DNA from: an uncultured Bacilli bacterium
GTDB lineage: Bacteria > Bacillota_I > Bacilli_A > RF39 > UBA660
DNA: 64,000 nucleotides
NCBI GenBank assembly: GCA_947623925.1
Contig: CANQID010000001.1
Coordinates: 130,684 to 194,683, forward strand
Direction of reading: 5' to 3'
Part shown: positions 47,603 to 57,098 of the stretch, in pieces
Position numbering within the stretch: position 1 is the stretch's first letter
How the letters are laid out: every line of letters starts with the position of its first letter
The notes under the pieces: generated by a model
What the model was told of the DNA's origin: nothing
What the model saw: the letters and a program-made list of their open reading frames with translations, nothing else
Database searches by the model: none
Made by a program: the position numbers and the translations under genes

Positions 47603-48836
47603 ATCTAGTTAATGTTTTTGGACAAACTGGATCCATTTCATTATCAAATACACCATTTAATTCTGTTACTAAAAATCCATATTTTGATGCAGTTATTTCA
47701 TCATATGCATCTTTATATAAATCTTTATATATTTCTTCTTCCATATTATTTGGCATATTTTCTCCATTTTCACTATTTACAAGTTCAAGTACTGGTTCAA
47801 ATGCATTTATTGCTTCATATGAAGTAGTTGAATCACCTATTTCTTCATATGCTTTATCTAATAATACATATGTTTCGTATTCATCTGAATTTTCAGAAAC
47901 AAAATTTGAAATATTTATATCAATAGCATTATTTTTTAATTCTTCAATTAAAGCATCATATTCTGGAATACCAACTAATTCTGGATCAATTTCTATAGTT
48001 TTTGCATTAATCATAGAATTTCTTATTTTATCTATTGCATTTAAATAATTTTGTCTATTTAAGTTTTCATCTTCGTGTATAGCGCCACTAGTAACTAATA
48101 CTTCATTTAACTCAGAATTAATTACTGTTTTATTAATTTCAGTTACAAACGCTACAAGTTCTTCTGTAGTAACTTGAGTGCCTTTTAGATTTTCTTCTGC
48201 TGTTTTATATAACTCAACTAATTCATCTTTAGTTATATAATCAATTGATGAAAAATGTTCTAATTCATCTTTAGATTGAGAAGATAAATTTGAATTAATA
48301 CTATTTTCTATCTCACTTTCTAATTCAGTAGAATTAGCGCTAATATCTTCTAATAAGGAAGAATCACCTGATACTGAAGTAGTATTATCATCAACTGAAT
48401 TATTTTTATCATTAGAAGTAGAACATCCTTTTGCACCTAAAGCTACTGCAATTGTTCCAACAAGGAGTAAAGCAACCCCTACTATAGATTTTTTAACTAA
48501 ACGTTTATCTTTATCGTCTTCATTACCAAATTCAGAACTATGTACTTCTAGATTTTTAATAGAAGATTCATTTTCATTATCGCTAAATATAGGTTCTTCT
48601 TCAGTTTGGCTTACTTTTTCAATTTCTTCCTCAATTTGATTTGCTTTTTCAGCTTCTTCTAAAATTCTATCCTGATTTTCTTTATCTCTAATACTATTAA
48701 CTATTTGTTCTGCAACTTCTTCTGTTTTTTCTGAAACTTCATTATTTGTAGTTTCAAGAATTTCGTTATTCTTTTCAGACTCTAATAAATTAGATTGAAC
48801 TTTTAAATTATACTTTCTTTTATTTTTCTTACTCAT
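47601..48836 (-). CDS. hypothetical single-pass membrane protein (acidic N-terminus, Ser-rich linker, C-terminal globular domain)
   Basis: TM IVGVALLLVGTIAVALGA at ~aa 117-135; no enzymatic motif recognised. Confidence 0.65.
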   Translation of the reverse strand: MSKKNKRKYNLKVQSNLLESEKNNEILETTNNEVSEKTEEVAEQIVNSIRDKENQDRILEEAEKANQIEEEIEKVSQTEEEPIFSDNENESSIKNLEVHSSEFGNEDDKDKRLVKKSIVGVALLLVGTIAVALGAKGCSTSNDKNNSVDDNTTSVSGDSSLLEDISANSTELESEIENSINSNLSSQSKDELEHFSSIDYITKDELVELYKTAEENLKGTQVTTEELVAFVTEINKTVINSELNEVLVTSGAIHEDENLNRQNYLNAIDKIRNSMINAKTIEIDPELVGIPEYDALIEELKNNAIDINISNFVSENSDEYETYVLLDKAYEEIGDSTTSYEAINAFEPVLELVNSENGENMPNNMEEEIYKDLYKDAYDEITASKYGFLVTELNGVFDNEMDPVCPKTLTR

Positions 48837-48866
48837 AATTTTTCCCCCTTTAAAATTATGCCTTGT

Positions 48867-48895
48867 ATAATATCATAATAACTATATTTTGTCAA
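48867..48895 (-). promoter_or_regulatory. strong promoter of the 411-aa gene
   Basis: minus strand TTGACA - 17 nt - TATTAT with TGa extended -10; short leader with AAAGGGGGA RBS; near-duplicate of the module at 54053-54081. Confidence 0.65.
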
Positions 48896-49015
48896 GTTTT
48901 TTATTATTATTTTTGATTTTTAGTAAAAATAATAAATCATTTAAAAAAAAATTTAATAAAGTTTATTAAATTTTATAGTTAAATTAATATTTTTTTGTTT
49001 TTTTAATAAAAAATC

Positions 49016-49044
49016 TTGCATAAAATTTAGTAGTATGATATTAT
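49016..49044 (+). promoter_or_regulatory. promoter of the tRNA-Ile2/tRNA-Leu pair
   Basis: TTGCAT - 17 nt - TATTAT with TGa extended -10, ~20 nt before the tRNA 5' end. Confidence 0.65.
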
Positions 49045-49064
49045 ATAGAAGCAGTGTTGAAAAT

Positions 49065-49141
49065 GGACCCTTAGCTCAGTTGGTTAGAGCATCCGGCTCA
49101 TAACCGGGCGGTCATAGGTTCGAGTCCTATAGGGTCCACCA
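49065..49141 (+). tRNA. tRNA with CAU anticodon, most likely tRNA-Ile2 (lysidine-modified)
   Basis: GGACCCTTAGCTCAGTTGGTTAGAGC..CTCATAA..GGTTCGAGTCC..GGGTCCACCA closely resembles Bacillus tRNA-Ile2(CAU) as I recall it; the anticodon alone cannot separate Met from Ile2. Confidence 0.8.
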
Positions 49142-49147
49142 CTGTAT

Positions 49148-49232
49148 GCAGGTGTGGCGAAATTGGTAGACGCACTAGCCTTAGGAGCTAGCGCCGCAAG
49201 GCATGGGGGTTCAAGTCCCTTCACCTGCACCA
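49148..49232 (+). tRNA. tRNA-Leu (anticodon UAG)
   Basis: class II tRNA with long variable arm, anticodon loop CTTAGGA, GGTTCAAGTCC T-arm, encoded CCA. Confidence 0.9.
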
Positions 49233-49274
49233 CTAAAAAATCTGTTCGAACTATTCGAACTTAATATATATAAA

Positions 49275-49303
49275 TACCAGTCAATGATACTGGTAATTTT
49301 TAT
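49275..49303 (+). terminator. terminator after the tRNA pair
   Basis: taccagt-caatgat-actggta followed by ATTTTTAT. Confidence 0.7.
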
Positions 49304-49405
49304 ATCTACAATTATTTTAATAATAATTAAAATTCCTAGATAATTAAGTATTTTACTATAAACAAATTGTATAATAAAACTTTATAAAGAAAGGAGTACT
49401 TCTTT

Positions 49406-49858
49406 ATGAAAAGCAATGAATACTATAAATTAGAAAGTGCTACGAAGGATGATATAGAATTATTAATATCATATAAATTGGCAAGTATTTTAGATTATGC
49501 TAAGGATTTACCTAAAAAAGAAATTGAAAAAATAACTAATTATGTTAAAACTACTATTCCTACGCAAATTAGAAATTATAAGATTATTACTATTAACAGC
49601 AAAAAAGTTGGATGTTTATTATTAGAAAAATATGAAGATGGTATTTTACTAAATGAATTATATTTAGATAATAATTATAGAAGAAAAGGAATAGGTACAA
49701 ATATACTAACTAATATATTGAATAATAATTATAAAGTTTATTTATGGGTTTATAAAGAAAATGATATAGCTTTAAATTTATACAAAAAATTAGGGTTTAA
49801 AATAAAAGAAACTACTGAAACTAGATATTTTATGAAATATGATAAAAATTGTAAATAA
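49406..49858 (+). CDS. GNAT family N-acetyltransferase
   Basis: motif A YRRKGIGTNIL, C-terminal NLYKKLGF. Confidence 0.85.
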   Translation: MKSNEYYKLESATKDDIELLISYKLASILDYAKDLPKKEIEKITNYVKTTIPTQIRNYKIITINSKKVGCLLLEKYEDGILLNELYLDNNYRRKGIGTNILTNILNNNYKVYLWVYKENDIALNLYKKLGFKIKETTETRYFMKYDKNCK

Positions 49859-49883
49859 CATTTGCACATGCTACATAAAAATA

Positions 49884-49908
49884 ATAAAAAAACTTTTAAA
49901 GTTTTTTT
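49884..49908. terminator. bidirectional terminator between GNAT and the convergent operon
   Basis: aaaaaaactttt-aaagttttttt palindrome (AT-only stem). Confidence 0.5.
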
Positions 49909-49958
49909 ATTATTAAATAATTTATTATTAAATAATTAAATTATATCAATCATTTTTA

Positions 49959-50243
49959 TTACTTTTTTATATATATTTTATGTTTTTTAGTATCATCATT
50001 TTGATCTAAATTTTTTAAACGTTTAAGACTATCATGCAACATTGAAATTTTTTTAAATTCCTCATCTTCAAGTAATTTTTCTAATTCTACTCTATCATTT
50101 TCAGAATATTTTGATACATTAATTATTTGAACAAGATTTAAACCAAAATCAAGGCAATCAAAATATAATTCTTCAAACTCCTTTAGTATATTATCTTTCT
50201 GTTTTAATAATTCATTTTTTTTATCATTAAAATTTATATTCAT
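49959..50243 (-). CDS. hypothetical coiled-coil protein (94 aa)
   Basis: last gene of a three-gene minus-strand operon; GGAGG RBS; no motif recognised. Confidence 0.55.
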   Translation of the reverse strand: MNINFNDKKNELLKQKDNILKEFEELYFDCLDFGLNLVQIINVSKYSENDRVELEKLLEDEEFKKISMLHDSLKRLKNLDQNDDTKKHKIYIKK

Positions 50244-50280
50244 AATTATTCCTCCATATTAAATTTATTAAGTAAATATA

Positions 50281-51111
50281 TTATTGTATTCTTTTTAAAT
50301 AAGTTTTAAAATCACACTTAGTTTCTTGTTCATATACACTATTACATAAATCTTTATCATTCAATAAATCATTAACAGATAAATTATTTGAATTTAATAA
50401 AATTTTTATAATTTGTGAAAATGGTTTTTTAGAATACTCTTCAAAATCTTTTGCAATAAAATTATTTTTATTTACTACATCATTCGATCCTAATTTTTTT
50501 TCTATTATTTGACCAACTATATATCCATTTTTTCTATAAGAATATATAGTTTTATTAATATTTTTATCTGATTGCTCTATTCTAACTTTCTTATTCTTTA
50601 ATTTATAAAATTCTTCCTCTTGCATATTTTCAAGTTCAAATAATAAGTAACCATCTATATTTAGTAACTGCTTTTCACTACTAAAATATTCATAATAAGT
50701 TGATTTTGAATGATTATGGCGTTCTATAGAACTTTCTGATTCAGAATATGAAACCAAAATATTATTATTTTTTTTATAATAAGAACCACATATAATTAAA
50801 TTTTTTCTCCATAATGCATAACTATAACTATTCTTATCAATTATAACTTCTACTTTGTATTCATTATCATCTGAATTATATATTCCATATATTTTATGAT
50901 CTTCTTTTTTAAAATGACCAAAATTTAATACTATTAAACTTTTTCTTATAAATAGGTCTTTAAAATTATCATCAATAATTTCATTATTTATTTTTCTTAT
51001 CATATTACTATATTTTAAATAGTTATAAATATTTTTTGTTTCCTCTTTTTTAGGAATTAAAAAAATTTCATCTTCAAAATATTTCTGAATGCTGTTAGAA
51101 TACTTTAACAT
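50281..51111 (-). CDS. hypothetical protein (276 aa)
   Basis: ORF in operon; no TM, signal peptide or catalytic motif recognised. Confidence 0.6.
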   Translation of the reverse strand: MLKYSNSIQKYFEDEIFLIPKKEETKNIYNYLKYSNMIRKINNEIIDDNFKDLFIRKSLIVLNFGHFKKEDHKIYGIYNSDDNEYKVEVIIDKNSYSYALWRKNLIICGSYYKKNNNILVSYSESESSIERHNHSKSTYYEYFSSEKQLLNIDGYLLFELENMQEEEFYKLKNKKVRIEQSDKNINKTIYSYRKNGYIVGQIIEKKLGSNDVVNKNNFIAKDFEEYSKKPFSQIIKILLNSNNLSVNDLLNDKDLCNSVYEQETKCDFKTYLKRIQ

Positions 51112-51176
51112 TATATCTTATATCTTCCTTTCTATAACATAAGATATATTATAACTAAAAATAGTAGAAAAATCTA

Positions 51177-51596
51177 CTATTTTTGAATCATATTAAGTAA
51201 ATTAATTTTAAATAAATCTTTTTCTGAATGTTGTTTTGAAACCATAACCCCTTTATATGTTACTAATTCAGATTGATGACCTTCTGTTAATATATCTTCT
51301 GGTATAAGTGTATCTAAAACTATTATTTTTTGTGTTTCATAAACATGGTATCTTAATTTTATATCTCCATGAACTTTAGAAAATAATACATCTGTTGGCA
51401 ATTTTAACTCATATGTTATACAACCTTTAGATTGATTAGTAGATACTACCTCACCGAGAAATTCTCCTTCTTTTAGAGAAGGATAATATTCAAAATATAA
51501 CTTTTTATATGCCAACATATTGTATTTTTTTAAAGATCTTTCTAACTTATGAAATTCGTTTTCGTTTAAATATTCAAATACATATACTTCTTTCAT
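51177..51596 (-). CDS. hypothetical protein (139 aa)
   Basis: GGGGAGGA RBS; first gene behind a consensus promoter; no family recognised. Confidence 0.6.
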   Translation of the reverse strand: MKEVYVFEYLNENEFHKLERSLKKYNMLAYKKLYFEYYPSLKEGEFLGEVVSTNQSKGCITYELKLPTDVLFSKVHGDIKLRYHVYETQKIIVLDTLIPEDILTEGHQSELVTYKGVMVSKQHSEKDLFKINLLNMIQK

Positions 51597-51622
51597 AACA
51601 TCCTCCCCTATTCTATATTTTG

Positions 51623-51651
51623 ATTATAGCATTGCATAAAATCTTTGTCAA
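51623..51651 (-). promoter_or_regulatory. consensus sigma-A promoter of the 139/276/94-aa operon
   Basis: minus strand TTGACA - 17 nt - TATAAT with TGc extended -10. Confidence 0.75.
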
Positions 51652-51653
51652 TG

Positions 51654-51677
51654 AAAAAAGAAATGAAAAAGCATTTC
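51654..51677 (-). terminator. terminator after the 770-aa gene
   Basis: gaaatg-cttttt-catttc followed by TTTTTT on minus strand. Confidence 0.65.
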
Positions 51678-51706
51678 AACTGTAAAGTGAAATACTTATT
51701 TCAAAC

Positions 51707-54019
51707 TTACTTGTATATAACACCTGTAGTATTATTACTTTTAGTGTTAGTACTTGTAGTAGTTATTTCTCTTTTTCTTCCTGTTAATCCATATCCTTGT
51801 TGTAATAATGAACTATCCTTATTACTTTTACTCCATTTAATATCTTTATTTCCAGATATAAATTCTCTTGTTTGATATCTATAATAAGTTACATATTCAT
51901 AAACTGGGAATTCTTCATAAATTGGAGTTTTCGTAGTTTCAACTTTCTTACAAATTGAATTTGCTGTTATTGTCTTATCATCTGATTTAAATCCTGCTGG
52001 ACATACATAGTTTTTAACTATTGATTTCTTCCCAGTAGAAGATGATACTAATTTATAACATACTGAATTTGCTGTTATTGTCTTGTCATCTGATTTAAAT
52101 CCTGCTGGACATGTATATGTTCCAATTATTGAATTTTTTGATTCCTTACTTGTAATTGTCTTATAACATGCTGTATTTGCATTTATTGTTTTTGATGTTG
52201 TTGTATATCCACTTGGACATGCATACGTTCCTACTACGGCTTTTGCTGTTGTTTTTGTTGTTGTTGATTTTGTACATATAGTACTTGCATTTATTGTTTT
52301 ATCTGTTGTTGTATATCCACTTGGACATTTATATGTTCCTACTACTGTTTTAGCTGTAGTTACTGTTGGATTTTTATATTTACATATTGTACTTGCATTT
52401 ATTGTTTTATCTGTTGTTGTATATCCACTTGGACATGCATACGTTCCTACTACTGCTTTCTTTGATAATGTAGATGGTATTGATTTTGTACATGTAGTAT
52501 TCGCATTTATTGTTTTATCTGTTGTTGTATATCCACTTGGACATTTATATACATTAACTAAACTTCTAGTATAAACTTGATAAGTATAAGTGTTTTCCGT
52601 ACAATTAGTAGTACAATTAGTATTAATTGAAGAAGATACTCTTACTACTTTTCTTGTATCTGTTGTATACTGTATTGAACTATAAGTATATTTACCTTGA
52701 TAAACCCAATCAGTATAATTTGATGAACTTAAAACTGCTTTCTTTGATAATGTAGATGTTGTTGATTTTGTACATGTAGTATTTGCATTTATTGTTTTAT
52801 CTGTTGTTGTATATCCACTTGGACACTTATATGTTCCTACTACGGCTTTTGCTGTTTTATAAGTTGAATTATAACATGTAGAATCTTTTGTTAAAGTCCC
52901 AGAAGATTGATAATATCCACTTGGACATTTATATGTTCCTACTACTGCTTTTGCTGTTGTTTTTGTTATTGCTGATTTTGTACATGTAGTACTTGCACTG
53001 ATTGTCTTATCTGTTGTTGTATATCCGCTTGGACATTTATATGTTCCTACTACTGCTTTTTTTGATTCATTAGTAGTAGTTGTTTTATAACATAATGTGT
53101 CTTTTGTTATTTTACTAGAAGTTGATGTATATCCACTTGGACATGTATATGAACCAATTACTGATTTTGTTGTTTCTTTTTTAGAAGTAGATTTATAACA
53201 AATTGAATCTTTTGTAACTACTTTGTCATTTGATTCATATCCACTTGGACATGTATACTCACCTATAACTGCATTTTTAGTGGTTTCATTAACTTCAGTT
53301 TTATATCCAGTTAAAACTTTATTTTTACCTGTTTGTACTTTTTCTGTTTTTGTTTCTACATTTCTATAGTCTGTTTTAGTAACTACATCAGTAGACCATT
53401 TTGACCATGAACTCCATGGACCCCACTTACCATCAGTTACCTTCTCATACTCATACTCATAAGATTTTGATGTAGAAGGTGTAACTGGTGTTGTATTTGC
53501 ATTTTCTTTCTTTTCACAAACACCTGTTGATTGACAATAATTATAACATCCTAAATGAACTTCAATATAGTCAGATGTATCTGAACAGCTTAAATTAACT
53601 GTCATTAGATATTCTTTATCTTGTTTAACGATTTTTACATATGACTCATTTACATCACATTTTTTATTGTTACTATCAATTAAATCTAAAACAAGTTTTT
53701 TATCTTGCATTTCTTTTAAAGTTATAGTAACACTGTCTCCTATTTTTGAAGGTAATCTATCAGTTGTAAAATAACTAATAGCAGCCTCTTTCATAGTAGT
53801 TAAATTTTGGTTATAGACTTGTTTATATAAAGGTAATAATTTAGAATCTAAATTTTCCTCAACCCCAGAGAAAGCCTCCTTAAATGCTTTATCTGCATAA
53901 TCCTTTACATAACTCTTTGTTGGAAATAACCATAATAGTAAAAATACAATTAATACAACAAATAATATTTGTATAATTATACTCCTAATTGAAAAGCTAT
54001 CTTTTCTTTCTTCATACAT
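51707..54019 (-). CDS. membrane-anchored surface protein with eleven 36-aa two-cysteine repeats
   Basis: N-terminal TM IIIQILFVVLIVFLLLWLF; WGPWSSWSKWS motif; 11 copies of [VI][VI]G.Y.CP[SA]G[YF]....K.I......C.K. Confidence 0.8.
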   Translation of the reverse strand: MYEERKDSFSIRSIIIQILFVVLIVFLLLWLFPTKSYVKDYADKAFKEAFSGVEENLDSKLLPLYKQVYNQNLTTMKEAAISYFTTDRLPSKIGDSVTITLKEMQDKKLVLDLIDSNNKKCDVNESYVKIVKQDKEYLMTVNLSCSDTSDYIEVHLGCYNYCQSTGVCEKKENANTTPVTPSTSKSYEYEYEKVTDGKWGPWSSWSKWSTDVVTKTDYRNVETKTEKVQTGKNKVLTGYKTEVNETTKNAVIGEYTCPSGYESNDKVVTKDSICYKSTSKKETTKSVIGSYTCPSGYTSTSSKITKDTLCYKTTTTNESKKAVVGTYKCPSGYTTTDKTISASTTCTKSAITKTTAKAVVGTYKCPSGYYQSSGTLTKDSTCYNSTYKTAKAVVGTYKCPSGYTTTDKTINANTTCTKSTTSTLSKKAVLSSSNYTDWVYQGKYTYSSIQYTTDTRKVVRVSSSINTNCTTNCTENTYTYQVYTRSLVNVYKCPSGYTTTDKTINANTTCTKSIPSTLSKKAVVGTYACPSGYTTTDKTINASTICKYKNPTVTTAKTVVGTYKCPSGYTTTDKTINASTICTKSTTTKTTAKAVVGTYACPSGYTTTSKTINANTACYKTITSKESKNSIIGTYTCPAGFKSDDKTITANSVCYKLVSSSTGKKSIVKNYVCPAGFKSDDKTITANSICKKVETTKTPIYEEFPVYEYVTYYRYQTREFISGNKDIKWSKSNKDSSLLQQGYGLTGRKREITTTSTNTKSNNTTGVIYK
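51947..53275 (-). repeat. 108-nt coding tandem repeats (11 copies, one ~60-aa interruption)
   Basis: first Cys of each unit at aa 257, 293, 329, 365, 399, 493, 529, 565, 601, 637, 673; second Cys always +17. Confidence 0.9.
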
Positions 54020-54052
54020 AAAATTCTCCCCCTTTAAAATTTTATGGCTTGT

Positions 54053-54081
54053 ATAATAGCACTATTTAATTTAAATGTCAA
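54053..54081 (-). promoter_or_regulatory. strong promoter of the 770-aa gene
   Basis: minus strand TTGACA - 17 nt - TATTAT with TGc extended -10; leader and AAAGGGGGA RBS nearly identical to 48837-48895. Confidence 0.65.
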
Positions 54082-54164
54082 GTTTTTTTATAATTATTTT
54101 ATAATTAAAAAAAATACTATCCCTCAGTTGATGGGGAGTATTCTAACATATATATATTCGATTG

Positions 54165-54431
54165 TCAAATTTTTATTCTTACAACTGTACAACCAGTATT
54201 ATTATAAAAAGTTTTAAATTCTATAACATTTTTATTTTTGTTTAGTACATTAGAAGTTGTTTCTCTTAAAATTCCACTTCCATTTCCATGAATAATTACA
54301 ATAAACTCATTTTTCATTTTTTTATTATCATTTATAAAATCATTTATATATACTCTAGCAGTATCTCTATCTAATGAATGAAGATCGATTTTTGGAAGAT
54401 TATCTATAAATATTAAATTATCTATACTCAC
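54165..54431 (-). CDS. Smr (small MutS-related) domain protein
   Basis: IDLHSL...., IIHGNGSGILR motif; 88 aa; overlaps the upstream kinase gene by 14 nt. Confidence 0.8.
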   Translation of the reverse strand: MSIDNLIFIDNLPKIDLHSLDRDTARVYINDFINDNKKMKNEFIVIIHGNGSGILRETTSNVLNKNKNVIEFKTFYNNTGCTVVRIKI

Positions 54432-55317
54432 TTAATTTTTCCTTTACTTCTTCTTTTGTAGGAATTGATAATCTACCAGAATATTTTTTAGTGGATAACG
54501 CTGCCGTAATATTTGATAACTTTATTACACTTTCTAAATTCATTTTATTAGCAACTGCATATATAAAAGCACCATGAAAAATATCTCCTGCACCTGTTGT
54601 ATCAATGGAATCAACAGATATAGATTTCATTATTTTTATTTTTTTATCTTTTTCATATAATGTTCCATTCTCTCCTAGGGTAATTATTATTTTATTATTA
54701 AAGATTGCTTTTAATTTTGTATATATACTACTTATAGTTTGAATATTATTTAAATCAAATTTTATATTTGTAGTTTTTTCTGCAAAATCAAGCGAACATA
54801 TTAAAAAATCTGTTAAAGAAGCAAGTTCAATTGTTTTTTCATTATATATTCCTGCATCGATCACACTTATAGCATTAGAATATTTTTTTAATAATTTTTT
54901 AGAAATATCATATTCCTGACCATCTATTAATATTATATCTGGTTCAAATTCTAAATCAAAATCTTTCATTTTCATAGTTGATGGTTTATATGATAATATA
55001 GTTCTACTGGCATTTTCTTTATTTACTATTATATTACTTATTTTTGTATTAAACTCATTACTCATTTGAAGATATTTTGTATTAACACCATATTTATTAA
55101 ATTCATCTTTTATTTTTTTTCCATAGTAATCATTACCAATGATACCTGCAAAATAAACACTCATTCCCCAACTACCAAGTAAAGCAGCAGCATTTGCAGT
55201 ACTACCTCCGCCACACTCTATTTTCGTAAAAGCATTGTTTTTTGTATTTTCTTTTATAAACGATTCTACAGGAAAAGTAATATCATATGTGCAATTACCT
55301 ATACATAATATCTTCAT
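54418..55317 (-). CDS. PfkB family carbohydrate kinase
   Basis: N-terminal GG motif (ECGGGSTANAA), C-terminal DTTGAGDIFHGAF. Confidence 0.85.
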   Translation of the reverse strand: MKILCIGNCTYDITFPVESFIKENTKNNAFTKIECGGGSTANAAALLGSWGMSVYFAGIIGNDYYGKKIKDEFNKYGVNTKYLQMSNEFNTKISNIIVNKENASRTILSYKPSTMKMKDFDLEFEPDIILIDGQEYDISKKLLKKYSNAISVIDAGIYNEKTIELASLTDFLICSLDFAEKTTNIKFDLNNIQTISSIYTKLKAIFNNKIIITLGENGTLYEKDKKIKIMKSISVDSIDTTGAGDIFHGAFIYAVANKMNLESVIKLSNITAALSTKKYSGRLSIPTKEEVKEKLSEYR

Positions 55318-55530
55318 ACAATCACCTAAAATTATTATATATTAAAAAGAAATTATAATCAATCTCTTTAAAATAAGTTATTTATAATTATTTAATTTCA
55401 CATAACTTTTTTTCTTTTATCTTATTTACTTTTGTTAATCTTTCTTACTCATTAAATAAGGATTATTTATTTTTTATTTCAATAATGCTATAATGTATGT
55501 GTATTTTGCAGATATTAAGAAGGTATAAAT

Positions 55531-57009
55531 ATGTTGAAAAAATTAAGTAATAAAGTAAAAGTGCTAATATTATGTGTTCTATTATTAATAACTTCTATTA
55601 CTATTATAGTTATAACTGGTAAAACTTATATTGTAAAATTTGATAATATAGATAATTCTTATAATCTAAATAATCTAATTATTGAAACTTATGAAAATGA
55701 ACAAATTATTAAATGGACTGATAAAAAATTACAAAACGGAATTCTTTCATTAAAAATTGAAGCTCTTACAGAAGGTAAAACATATATAACTATCAAAAGT
55801 GATGATGAAAGTTTTTATAATATAATTCCTATTTATGTTCATAAATTAGGATTTATAACTACAGATAGTTATTTTGGTAATTGTAATGGTAGTATAACTA
55901 TACCTATATCAATTATAATTATCCTTACATATTTATTATATTTAATAATTAAAACTTATAAAAAAAATATGAAAAAAACTATTTATGAATATAAAAATAT
56001 AGCTTATTTAGGTATTATTATATTTTTAAGTTTTGTTTTAATAAATCAATTTTTTACAGTTTTAAATTACGAAGGTCTTATTCATACAATAAAATCAACC
56101 ATTGAATCAAGTTATATTTTTTCAACGACTATACTACCTATTGCTTTTATAACTTCTATTTTAATTACTATAAGTAATATTGTTTTAATAAAAAAAGAAG
56201 GATTTAAAATTACAAATATTTTAGGATTAATATTAAACATAGGATTTTATCTTATAACTTTTTTCCCTCTTATATTAAATAATATATTACAATCAGCAAT
56301 TTGGATAGATGTTCATAATGAACAAGGAATAGCATTATATATTCAAGAATTTGTTAATCTTTCTGTTTATGTAGTAATATCATATATTGAATGTATTTTA
56401 CTTAGTACTATTATATTACAAATTATAGCCATAAAACGTAAGCCTGATTTAAATAAAGATTTTATTTTGATACTTGGTTGTATGATAAAAAAAGATGGGA
56501 CATTAACTAATTTGTTAAAAGGTAGAGTTGATAAAGCTATAGAATTTAGAGATATTCAAAAGAAAGAGACAGGAAAAGACTTAATATTTATTCCATCTGG
56601 TGGTCAAGGATCAAATGAAGTAATTTCTGAAGCGCAAGCCATAAAAAATTATTTATTAAAACAAGGAATCAAAGAAAAAAATATTATAATAGAAGATAAA
56701 TCTAAAAATACTTTTGAAAATATTAAATTTTCATATAATATAATTAAAAATAAAACAGATAAAGCTAATATTATTTTATCTACAACTAATTATCATATTT
56801 TTAGAGCTGGCATAATAGCCACAAAACAACACATTCCAATTGAATGCATTGGATCAAAAACCAAAACTTATTTTTGGATAAATGCTTTTATTAGAGAATT
56901 TATTGCTACTATTTATTCTGAAAAAAAGAAACACATTATGATAATATGTTTAATAATTATTGCAGTTTTAATCATGATTATTACATTATATTTATCAAAT
57001 ATAATGTAA
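55531..57009 (+). CDS. polytopic membrane protein with C-terminal DUF218 (YdcF/ElyC/SanA-like) domain
   Basis: signal anchor, extracytoplasmic segment, ~6 TMs, then FILILGC....GG.G..E, NT.EN, TTNYH motifs typical of DUF218. Confidence 0.75.
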   Translation: MLKKLSNKVKVLILCVLLLITSITIIVITGKTYIVKFDNIDNSYNLNNLIIETYENEQIIKWTDKKLQNGILSLKIEALTEGKTYITIKSDDESFYNIIPIYVHKLGFITTDSYFGNCNGSITIPISIIIILTYLLYLIIKTYKKNMKKTIYEYKNIAYLGIIIFLSFVLINQFFTVLNYEGLIHTIKSTIESSYIFSTTILPIAFITSILITISNIVLIKKEGFKITNILGLILNIGFYLITFFPLILNNILQSAIWIDVHNEQGIALYIQEFVNLSVYVVISYIECILLSTIILQIIAIKRKPDLNKDFILILGCMIKKDGTLTNLLKGRVDKAIEFRDIQKKETGKDLIFIPSGGQGSNEVISEAQAIKNYLLKQGIKEKNIIIEDKSKNTFENIKFSYNIIKNKTDKANIILSTTNYHIFRAGIIATKQHIPIECIGSKTKTYFWINAFIREFIATIYSEKKKHIMIICLIIIAVLIMIITLYLSNIM

Positions 57010-57050
57010 TAATTCTTAATTATTATGCGTCACAAATATAAAACAACAAT

Positions 57051-57098
57051 AAAAGAGACTATCTCAAAATTAAATAATTAATTTTAAGATGTCTCTTA
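57051..57098 (+). terminator. long hairpin terminator after the DUF218 gene
   Basis: aaagagactatctcaaaattaa-ataa-ttaattttaagatgtctctt (about 20 bp with mismatches) followed by ATTTTAT. Confidence 0.55.
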
